Assembly: GCA_003344405.1 (NCBI GenBank)
Contig: NOWV01000014.1
Location: forward strand, 1 to 64,000
DNA length: 64,000 nt
Origin: Trichoplax sp. H2
Taxonomy: Eukaryota
Reading direction: 5' to 3'
Of the stretch, positions 52,401 to 64,000 are shown in pieces (positions within the stretch are counted from its first letter, which is position 1; the number at the start of each line of letters is the position of its first letter). Made by a program: the position numbers and the translations under genes. Under the pieces are notes generated by a model. It was not told the DNA's origin. It saw only the letters and a program-made list of their open reading frames with translations, and did no database searches.

Positions 52401-55400
52401 ATATTATCATCCACATAAGGCTCATTAGATTATGCTTTCTAATTATATCTTTCGCAATTTGGTAAGAATTAGGTACAGTAATTAACTGCAAACTTATAAA
52501 ACGTCGCTATGTTTAAATCGTAACAACACAAAATGTAATAAAACAATACGATGGAAACATACTATTTATCAAGCTAGAAGCATAATTTATATCATTTCTG
52601 TCTCCAAATTTGCTCAATTTTACCAAAAGTTAAAGTATAACAATTGAAGAGTCATATGCATTTAATACGATATTATTCCATAATTAAGGGTCTTTCTTAA
52701 ATCTGTCGCTCGTAGCTCAACCATCTTCAGGTTACAGGATTTCCATTGCTAACTAATGGATATGGTAATCCAAAGCATTTATTTTACAGCTCAAATTTTA
52801 GCTTTAATCTTATCGTAATACTGTACACTTTAAAAAAATGTAATGGCAAACTATACTTTTATAATCAAATGACTGCATACATCCTATAGCCATTTCGAAG
52901 CTGACTTAATTATTTGACTGCTGGTCTGATTTCTGTAGTTAAAAAAGCAAATTTAATTGTTTGCAATCTTTATTTTCATTTCTCACCAGTTTCTTTTCAA
53001 TCGATGATCCTTTCATCGTTATAAATCGTGATCTATCATTTTTCTATCATTTGTTCTCCTTCTACTCTGAAATTTCTCACGATTATTTTTAAATTATTGT
53101 TTCAGGTCATCTGATGCCTTGCACCTTGTATTATTAATACCTACATCTAGACAACTTCAGTCATTCTATTTTTACTAAATGTTCCTCTAGTTAGGTGTAA
53201 TCTCATACTATTAATAATACAGAAATCATATATATCATATAATTTTAATTCTTTTCTTATTGTCGATATTTTACTTCTAGTAAAATGAATTTATCTAATC
53301 AGAAACTTAAATCCAGACATTTCGAATTGTATCTTAGAATATCTACATAATATCGTCGTGGAATTTGATCCTTATAACGTATTGTCTTATTAACCAAACT
53401 ATTGTGGCTTATGAATATCTATGCTTTTAAATCTAAAGACTCATGAGGTAATATTATTAAATAAATTTCATGTGGTTTACCAGGGTATACGTCTATTATA
53501 ACCTTTGCTTGCTACCGTAATAGATTCATTAGATCTTCCTAACTTTATTTCTTCCTCCTAGATGACAATATCGATGGCAAATTTTGATATCTTAGCAATC
53601 TTTCGTGTTTTTATGTTATAAGTAATTTTCCCATGATCAACTTTGACTGTGATCATTATTTATTTATTTTTCGTTTGAGACAATGTATATCCAGTTATTG
53701 TCTGTAGAATTAATAGCGCTTTCTTTAGTTCTTCAAATACCAGCCTAAAGAATTATATTCTCACATATCCAAAAAATTTATTTTGACCTTTCTTGATGTC
53801 TGGTTGTAATAAGATAGGTTTATTTTTGCTATGCTAGGCTATTGTGTGGAATAGAAATTTACTGTACTGAATGATTTGATTAACTTTCATAAATTTCAGG
53901 AAATCAATATTAAGAGTTTATTAATTTAAAAGCATGATTATTTTAAGAATACAAATATGGCAAGCTTGGATGAACATAATGTTGACGGTGATTATTATTA
54001 CAATTATTAAAGTAAAGAACGTCAATACACTAAATACACAAATAATATACTGATGTTGGTAACCAGTTAAATAGCTCATAGCTAATTATAACAGAAAGGG
54101 AATAGAAAACGTCTATTATAACAAAATCTCAGACAATTAATTCCAAATGAGCAAGTGTTATTTGTTTTTATAGCGAGGATTTTAATTAGTTCTTCCAAAA
54201 TGGATTTCATACCCTTTTCGTTTGAATTCTTAAAGACTTTAGGTTTATCTTCCCATAAATATACTGTCTTTAGCGGATTAAATCTTCGTTCCGTTTCTCA
54301 AAATTTATGCATATTGTAGTTTAGTCATATGAAATAATGATTTTCTTTTAAACTATAATTAAAAATAGTTCACAAACTGTTCAATGCTGGACAGACGAAA
54401 AGTTGTATCGCGAATATACGATGAGAAATGAAAGTAATTGAAATTTTGATCGATGATAAATTGATTGCCCCGTCTCATTCAATAAAATTAGATTCGATTT
54501 GATATAAATTATATGAAGAAAGCTCGTAAGCACGCACCAAGAACTAGTTTTCTGTATGAATAACATGATAGAGGTCAGAAAGCGATACATTGAAGTTGAC
54601 CCCAGATTTTATAATATAGCGATGAAATGCAACAATATAATTTGTAACATATCAATATCCATCTTTAATATTGACGATAATGAAAGTAATTATAAATGGA
54701 TTTACTTCTGCTTTCATTTTAATTTAAAGTAAACCCAATTTATCAATATCATAAGGTTTTTATTCGAGTGCGATATGCAAAAATTTATTATCAATCCAGG
54801 GATGTCTACTCACTATTCAAAAATCAATATTTTATCAAAAGTATTACATAGTAATAAATTGCAACACATAAAGTAAAAGTTTTAATGTCAATACATGTTT
54901 GCACAATATAAAGCTACCTCGTATTGAGTTATACGAAAGAAACTCATTAAAAGAATTCTGAAATTACTAAATTTATTTAGCTGAATATAATCTAACTTGA
55001 AACAGGATGCGAAAATCGATGTAACGATTTGATTCGTACAAGATGTTGTAATATAATCGATGAACTACAATATTTTAATGAATTAGCAAACAGAAAGACA
55101 ATTTATGGCATTTTATACTCTGCCTTTAATAGAAAAGGTTTAAAATATTGCAGATATTGATAATAAACTTGAAGAAATCACACAATCTAATTAATTAGAA
55201 CTAGTACGTCATAACTGTCAGATGGACGTAGATGCCAAATATTTTTGATGGATTAATTAAATAGTTTGCGATACCATTCAAGAGATAGCAATGTAAGTTA
55301 TTATAATAAATAGATAGATTATGACTGCTGGTGACTTAAAACTAACTGTATTTCATAAACTATTAGACACAGTATCATTCAATTTTGCCGATACCAAATA

Positions 55401-57419
55401 AAGTTTTGGTACTGGGAGATTTTCATTAGACCTGATATGGATGGGTAGCTAAATTGAATCTCTATTTAAAATAATCTGAAATATATTTTTACGGAATGAA
55501 TACCATAACTAGGAATAGAAATTATGCTTATGTAATAAATACTATGAACCAGTGGGTTAAAAATTAGTTTCAAAATGGCCCATTAAGTTCTAGATTCGCC
55601 AATTACAATTCATAATTTAGGATTTATGATATGCAATAACTCGACTTGATGACCTATACTATAAACCGTAAGACTTATTAACAGTACAAAGACATATTTA
55701 ATACAGATTAAATTATAAAGCCACGTTGCTACATTTTCTAATTCTTTGCCATATTTATAGAATTTTAGATCACTCGTATAATATATCTATAGAATCTTAT
55801 ATTATATTTGGTTTCCGGTGATAGCAGAGGGTTTTAATTTCTGCAAATATGATATATTAGGTTTCTAATGTTGACAGAATATTTTTCTACCTTGTGTTAA
55901 TGGTGTAATATACAGTGAAAATGATCTTTAAAGCAAGTGATATAGATAGAGTCCCTTGCTTTACATTTAAAGGTAAAAATATTATGCCTACTATACTCCA
56001 AGCTACTTTTATTTATTGGATCTCCTAGCTTAAATAACTGGTAAAATAATAAGAGATGACGTGATAATGCTTAGATTAATTGGCTCCGGTAGTATCAGAA
56101 AATTGCCAACTCGGTTTCGTAATAAGGGTCATAAAATAAATACGAGTCTTTAAAATTTCTGGGATCTGCTATCCCTTAACTCTTCATAGGAATTTGGACG
56201 CCTTTACCTTTACGTTATAAGACTACAAAATTAATTTTATTTAACAATCTGTCGAGCTTATACAGCCTTCATCAGCTAACTTTGACGAATCATCTTAACT
56301 ATCTAACGGTAGATTCTTACCTATTAATCATATTTATATAACAATATTCATGGTATGGATATCTATCGTGCACGTAGTGGCTTAGTAACTGGACTAGAGT
56401 ATGTTCATTCATAGAATCATTCATAGAATAACGTATAATCTGCTATCAATCAGGATTATAATCGCTTGATATCAGTATCAATCTATCGTCTATCTTGTAC
56501 TTTTAGGCATGTCGATTAGGCTTTTCGCGAATTGACTGGATTTCGTATTTGGACGGTAACAATAAGAGAACTACAGTATATCCAGTCAGGTGATCTGATT
56601 TATTTTTAACCAACCAGTAGCCGAAAGACTACAAACATAATTGTGCACATCGTGCAATCAGTCATTTAAGGATTCTAGTGTCAAGAGATGCACTCTAAGT
56701 AGCGAAATTAATGATATTTATTGTGGAGAATATTAGTGATATACAACCTCTTATATTGCTAAGAGTAATTCTAATTCTATTTGGATAGAAGTTAATAAAC
56801 GCAACTTGTAAAGATTGTTTAAGTATTACTTCATCCCTGAGTTTTTTTCGGAGTACCTCGACGCAAAGTCATATATATGTTATACATATATTCATCAAGG
56901 GCCACAATTACAACAACTAGAATATTTTTAATGTCTACATCGACAATATATGCGTAATAATAATCATCCGCTCATGAAACTTATGAAAAAGGCAGAACAT
57001 GAATTAATGTGCTTTAGCTGAAAAATGTATTACCGCAACAATCTCTAACTGATCTACCGGCATTCTTCTAAAACGCTTATATCTAGTGCATACTTTGAAA
57101 AATATAATGAATTAATTACGGCCAACTATTCTTGTAAAGAACTGATATGTTTGGATGTTGCTTAATCAGATTTAAAAATCCGATACCAATTTTAGCACAC
57201 AGATAATTTAATTGCATTCTTTACTCATCTGTTAGATATATAAAACGTGATATATTTTCTTTATTTATAAATCTAACATGATACATTGAGTGTAAAATGT
57301 AATGTACCGAACTATTGAATTATTATAGCTAGCATTAGCAAGCAACGTAATGAAGGCCTTAATTACACTAGGTGTTTCGATTTTTACCAAAATATTAAAT
57401 CAAAATTATTAACAAATTA

Positions 57420-60270
57420 AAATCTTGGCTCTATGCATTCATGGAAAATTGCCAATACGTGAGAATATATTCGGCCTAAGAAGGTATACTCAATACGATT
57501 GAAGGCATTCGGTAGTTTATAAATATCTATGCAAATCATCCAGCTGGTCAGATCATATAAACAACAATAGAAGTTGCTCAGTATGTACATGCACATAGGC
57601 AACATAATTTTAAGAGCAATTATATCTACAAATATGGAAAAATACCAGAAGACTTATAAACTTTGTAAAGACAGGCAATGAAAATTTGTAATAGAAATGG
57701 GCATAGAGAAATAGCGGCAAAACTGGAAGGTGAAATGACGTTGCACGCAATAGAATTGTCAAATCAAAAATATTTGTTCAAAAAATGAAAATGGATCTGT
57801 TAATTTATTCAGCATTTGTGCATGGTTAAGAACAGTAGCAAAATTTTAGTGATATATACAGTTGATTTAGCTGTATTTCTCTTTGTTGATATTGATTCTC
57901 TGCATTCACTGAAAGTTTTATTTTACTTCTACGTATACATAGCTTGACTACCGATTTAATAAATCTTGATTCATTTGAAAGTTTAATTTTATAGGTTAGA
58001 GTTACGTATCTTGATTACCCAACCAGTAATTCTTAATTTATTTAAGACGTAAATTAAAATCAGCCGATGACAATGATGCTGTTGCCAAAGAGTGAGGCAT
58101 AAAATTGCCTTTCATTATTTTCTCTCCTATTTTAATAATTAATTTACCCATTCTTATCCAGGTATTAAAATTTTTAAGAGATTGGATAAATAATACAATC
58201 CACATCGATAGACAATAACAAAGTTGAAGAATAAACTTCTAATTTCTACGGAAATAGTACAAGATTATTGAGCACATATTTCTATACAATTAAAGTCATA
58301 GCTGCGTTATTTCAATTATGTATCCTCTATGCTTCATTTAATGTAAGGGAAATTAAGAAGATATCTCTAGGTTCGTGCAGTATTCTAAATTATTACAATT
58401 ATCCATAACATCGATTATATTATAGAGTCAAATGTAATTTTAATCTTATATGATAATGGAAAAAGCTATTTCCAATGTGTACTTTAGGTTGCTATCGCTT
58501 ATTGACATGAATAGTAGCCTTGAAATTCCATCCATTTCAATTGTTCAAAGAGCATGAATAATTTAATAAGTGTATCTCCACTTGAAAAATATAAACTTAC
58601 TCATGGAAATATTATCGCATTTTAGAAGCTATCGTTGGTTTAATAGATACTAGAAGAATTAGATTTTGATATGTGTGCAATAGCCAATGTGTGCTAAGTA
58701 CTTAGGCAACTAAAATATCATCTACTAGCTTGAGATCAACGTATCAATTCGAACATTATTGGAATAGAAGTTTTAGTAGATGCTTACTAATTGCTTCAAT
58801 TAAGGTCTAATAAATTCGATTAACGTATTCATTTCGGTTCATAAACTCAGGATTAATATTATTATATCTAATTTCAAGTTCTATCTATCCTTTATGCACA
58901 TGAAATTATTTTATTACAACTATCAAAGTCTATCAAATATTCATTTCAGAGTTATAAATAGGATTGACAGCTTGCATGGTTTAAGAGATGATATCATCAA
59001 AGGGGAGGAGAATATTATAATAGCTATAACAATCTTCAAATAACTATTAAAGCATGAAATTTATATTACCTAATTATCCTCATTAACTGATATGGTTGAT
59101 ATGGGAAACAAAATGATAGAGTACAGATTAATAATATTCTTCAGCATAACATTCTACATTAAATTCTTTTTTTAAGGGATTGGGAATTTTAATGGGGAAA
59201 GGAAGTTAAAATATTATTTGATGATCGAATTCACATAAAGGTCACTTCAAATGATAATAATTGTTTTCGATATCATTTAATACCGTTACTCGGTAAATTT
59301 AGTTTAGCTTCGCTAAACTAGCACAGGAAAGTGATATTGCTTAGATAGTCTTAGTTTAATATAGGCGAAAATTTTTCAATACAATTACTCATCTATCAGA
59401 GTAAATTATTAGCTTGAATAAAGGAGGCTATTACGATTTTAATTGACAGCTAAATTACATCAAAAGATTCTACTAAAACTGTTGTTTAGGAAGGAAATTT
59501 CCTACTTTATTTTAAATGAGTTCTTCCACCTCCTATTTAATATTGTAGCTCCTGGTCGACATCAACCGTAGCTAAATATTATTTTTTAGCGTATTGAAGT
59601 AAATAGATAAAGGGAATAAATAACGATTAGTAACTTCCAAAATAATCAAAGTTTAGCAGAGCAACTTTCTTATATCCATCACTGTTTGCAATTAGTAAAT
59701 TCCAGCCATTTCATAAATTGAAATTATAGAGATAGTAAACAGCACTTGGTGTAATTTAGATAATAGTTTTGTTGAAAAGCGATAAACTGCAATAACAGCA
59801 ATTATTTGACGGTAGTCATTATACCATGAAAAGAATAGTTGATTTGCTTTTTACATCATAGTATTACCGGTTGCTGATGCTTACAGCGGCTTGATTACAC
59901 TTGAAAAGAGAATTGGATTAGAAAAACCAAGGAAAAGAATACTCAATACAGACAATAGCTATTGTCTGTATGTAGAATATCACGACTTTAATTCACTTTC
60001 TATATACCCATACAATAGCCAGCCGATGAAAGCAAGAATTTTTGGAAAGATCCATTACTATGTATGAGCTAATTTCTCAGAAGCATTGAAGATGTGTTGA
60101 TCAGCTTGATAAAATTTGGAATGATTCATTGGGAAAACAGAGTTAGAATCAATTTTAGAAAAATAGGTGAATGTTCTAATGTTTTCCAAGCTAAATAAAC
60201 AGCATTTAACTGAAGCAGAAATCCTATAATGCTCTTTTCTCCATCCTAAAAAAGATTATTATCCTTGCTA
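57420..60270 (+). pseudogene. Possible heavily decayed coding relic with LRR-like and protein-kinase-like fragments
   Basis: Stop-interrupted peptides in colinear order: LEELDFDMCAI..INSNIIG..LLQLRSNKF (58650-58820), MGKGS* (59192), KLHQKILLKL..YFILNEF (59452-59523), QSLAEQLSYIH (59647-59679), HLTEAEIL*CSFL (~60204-60242). Recognised by eye only. Confidence 0.3.
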
Positions 60271-62432
60271 ATGCTGTCACCACTGAATAATGTCTACTCT
60301 ATTTAATAATAAGGATCGAACAGATCTAGTGCCATCAAAATTCCTATCCATAACCATCATTTCGTTTTGGATAGAAGTGAAAAGTCTAATGGATAGATTA
60401 CCCTTACATCTCCTAAATCTCTTCTAAAAATCTTGCTCAATAGCAATACTGCATAAGCATGCTATCGAGTGATAAACTTTTAAATTAACTCTTGGGGAAG
60501 AAATATTATCCACGTTAAAGCTACCACATCTGAATAACTTCTACCGGTGCCATATCAATATCGAAGAATGATCAATCTACTAAATCCAAAGGTAGTCAAA
60601 TTTCAATGTATGGCCATTATTTGTTTTGCATAGAAAATGAAAATACACTAATAGATAGGCTACCTTTTCTGTCTCAGTATACATTCTCGCTTAATAGTAA
60701 TAATGTATATATACGTTATATACTATGGGTAATCAGCCTTTTAAATCGATTTATTAATAATGCTACCTTTGGATGGCAGCTATATTGTTAAAATCGAATT
60801 CGCTGAATGAATTTGAAAATCATGCAGTCATAGCGGATACAAAAAGTCGATTTGAGACTATTTTTATTTTAATTAGCCCATCAATGTAGACTTGCTGCGT
60901 TTATTATATACTGATCCATTAATTTTCCTTTACTTTCGATACTGATCAAAGCTACATACATGTAGCTCATGTGGATGCGAACTATGTCATTCTTGTAGAT
61001 ACGCCTAATTAATAGTTTGTTAATACCACCGATAAACGAGAGAATGGCTATCAAATTGCCCTATTAACATTAGAATATGAGCTAGAAATTGCTAGTTATA
61101 AATGAAGAATGTATTATGGTTATTAAAAATAACTAAAACAAAAATTTAATAGGAATTTTAGCTGCTTATGATTCTCGCATTTTCTATATTACGTATATAT
61201 AAGTAATCTAAGGCAGTATCAATTTGCAATAGCCTAATATAGTCAAATTGCGACGATAAAAATGTTTGATGATTGTAATCTTAACATTAGACGCAATGGC
61301 ATCGGCTCAAAAATGATGAAATTTAAGTCACCCGACAAATGCTGTTATTGAATATAACGATCATGATGGTAATGTAGGAATTGTACACATCACCATCAAT
61401 TTAATTCAGCTATAATTAACTCTACTTCCTATCGAGCTATCATCTTAAATAATGGTAGAGATGCATTTTAATCAGCTATTCAAGCTGTCATAAATGAATG
61501 AATGATTTGATCAATACCATTTTAGCTACAACCCTGAGATCATTTGACAAATGATGTAACCGACGTTGAAAGTTTTTATATACAGTAGACAGTCAAGTTT
61601 ACCTCCAAAGATCGATTCTAGTATCATTAATGGGATCTATCTTAAAATAGACATAACGTTCTTTCAATGAATTTATTGCCTTAGTTATAACGCATAAAGG
61701 TTGTTACCCAAGTTTTATTGTTATCAAGTAGGAGTATAATATAATAATAATAAAGTTGATATTATCTTCTAGATGACTAAATTTTTTCTAGAATCCATTT
61801 TAACATGGACAGCATACATAAATGGTAGAAAGAATATTACAAGATAGGAAGATCTCTTAGCTCCAAATGTTGAATCAAGATTTCTATTTGGAAAATACGA
61901 TGTAACAAATCATAATGAACGCTTAAAATAATCAAAAGTCGCATGTTTATCTTGTTAATGATTGATAGAATTTATATTTAATGATTTTTAGTGGAATAAC
62001 GTAAGTAACGTCAGTTAATCTTGGTAGATTTGACTGAAAATTATCATAAGTAGATTTACACTGATGAAATCCTTTAATAATTCTACAATTTGCTGAAAAA
62101 TTTAGAAAGGAATCATAGTTATGTATAGGACAATTTTCCATCTACAATCATGTAAGCGTATTAATGTGCATAGGTCTTATAATGAGAAAATTACCATAGT
62201 AAAAGGGTAATGAATTGATAGGTAGCACAAGTCAAAATTAAATTACGAATACGAATGAACATACAGATTTTTTTACATGATAGCAGTGCCATAACTATTA
62301 TCAATCTAATAGTAAGGAGATAGTTGATTGTACTAATTATTATCTTTATTTCTACGACGATAATACTAGATATTGAGTTGAAGAGTGTCAATATGAAAGA
62401 TATAATTAAAATTGATATGTTTCTATCCTTAT

Positions 62433-62711
62433 TTAACTTGGAGTGGTCGGATCAACCAGCTGTGAGTTAAGATCAATTTTTAAATCAGGTAATTCTTCTA
62501 GCCTGTATAAGCCAAATTCGAAAATTAAATCGATTATAGTTTGATCATCGATGCTATCGGCTAGTAATTGAAAGTCTTCAAACCAACAACCATCTCGTTC
62601 GTAAAATGATTGATGAAGATGGTGATGGAGCAATAGATGATTATTATTCCTGTTCATTGAGTTCTTTCCATGACAGCTTTCATCTTCATTGGTTACAGTA
62701 AATTGAACCAT
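62433..62711 (-). CDS. CITED: CITED-like (CBP/p300-interacting transactivator) small protein, 92 aa, single coding exon
   Basis: Residues 52-82 DSIDDQTIIDLIFEFGLYRLEELPDLKIDLN align without gaps to CITED2 CR2 [31 protein letters not shown] (13/31 identical; reference sequence recalled from memory). Good start context gaaaATGG; His-rich N-terminal stretch. Confidence 0.8.
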   Translation of the reverse strand: MVQFTVTNEDESCHGKNSMNRNNNHLLLHHHLHQSFYERDGCWFEDFQLLADSIDDQTIIDLIFEFGLYRLEELPDLKIDLNSQLVDPTTPS

Positions 62712-64000
62712 TTTCTCTCAAAGTTTGAAATATTGATATAATATTGAGGATAAAAAGTTTTCAATTTTTTGTGGTACACTTATTTGCTTTGTCAAGTAGG
62801 AAACTTGAAAAGGTTTTATAACAACTTATTAATCAACTTTTAACCTATTTTTCGATCTTTTCCTTTCTCTTCTTGGCTTCACTAGCTTGCGATTTTGATA
62901 TGTCAATATCGATGATGCTCAATAGGATCAATTCTTATCACCGAGTAGAAATAGAATGGATGGGAAATATTACCAAATATAATCTTGTAATAGTATCCTT
63001 AATATTTTTATGCCTATATATAAGGAAATTATCGAGAAACCAACTTATTAATAATATAATCTAGTAATCGATGGTAACACTGAGTAAATTTAAATTATTA
63101 TTTCAAGTAGAAGGAGTCAGCTGGACTGGAATATTAATATTTAGTCATTGTAGTTTAAGTCAAATCTAGTTCATTCCATTACTTATTGAGCTGGAGTGCA
63201 AGTGAAAATAATTTACACGGTCACGAGTTATTTATATTGTTTCCATGTGATAGAAATAAAGCAAGATTAAATAGAATAGACAAGCAAGACAGGATGTCTA
63301 TATTAATCAATATTATTTCAATAATTTGAACCAATGAGAATGAGTAATAACCTAAAGTCATTTTATTTAATGTCTTTATTGGGGAGTATTATTTTATTAC
63401 GCTTCTATGTGAAAAGAATAGCTTTAGGTGTCGATTTCGATCCTAGTCGATACGCAAATGGAAATAAATTGAGCACGAGGTTGGTAATAATATTAGGAAT
63501 CAATAAAGATTTCAATTAAATAGTCAGACAAGAATAAAATTTGATTCTGTTGTCTTGTCAAGCATTTTATAATCAAAAAAATACATAAGGATATCGGAAA
63601 GGAAGGAATGGAAAGGAAAATAGTACCGTAGTTAAAAGAGTGAAAAATCATCTTTTAGCTCTTTCTTCCTCCTTTCTTGGTATAAATTTTGTCAAAATAT
63701 ATTGTTATATTTAGCTCGTAATCCTTGGTAACAATTATACCTACGTTAGGCATGCATTGATTAACATTATCTTACCCATGGCCGTAGCCTATTTTTACTT
63801 CTTTTTGCTTAATTACTTGATCATCGTCTATAACAACATGGCGCTCTAACTATGTAATTTATTCTATTAAATCCTATTATTGACTAGCTTTATTCAAATA
63901 GATTACAGTTGAAATTCTTCATCATCAACAATAGAATAGTATGACTGCTCTACACCCCCTGCTTGGAATAAAAGGATAATATCAATCATAGAAGGTAACC

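Noticed and set aside
62712-64000. Hypoxia-response elements upstream of the CITED-like ORF
   Set aside because: No canonical RCGTG found by eye in this 1.3 kb (only CACGG/CACGA); the promoter may lie outside the window.

Overview
AT-rich, intron-rich animal genomic DNA with short GT-AG introns and four 20-N scaffold gaps. The style fits a compact basal-metazoan genome such as a placozoan (inference, not proven). Genes in order: two tandem BTB-BACK-Kelch paralogs (-) with a decayed third copy between them; an SH3BP5/SH3BP5L-family Rab11 GEF (-) head-to-head with an ~30-exon SHPRH (+); a TMUB-family gene (-); a dual-RRM hnRNP A/B-D/DAZAP1/Musashi-type gene (+); a ~24 kb gene-poor interval; and a 92-aa single-exon ORF (-) that matches the CITED CBP/p300-binding domain. 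The top finding is this CITED-like microprotein, from a family classically described in vertebrates, here linked to SHPRH (both are on 6q24 in human). The assembly also captured both haplotypes at two loci, showing filled and empty sites for a non-autonomous Helitron (with a nested LTR) and for a solo-LTR-like element. That element and a second solo-LTR-like element at 21-453 share hairpins at both termini. All homology calls are by eye from remembered family motifs; no searches were run.
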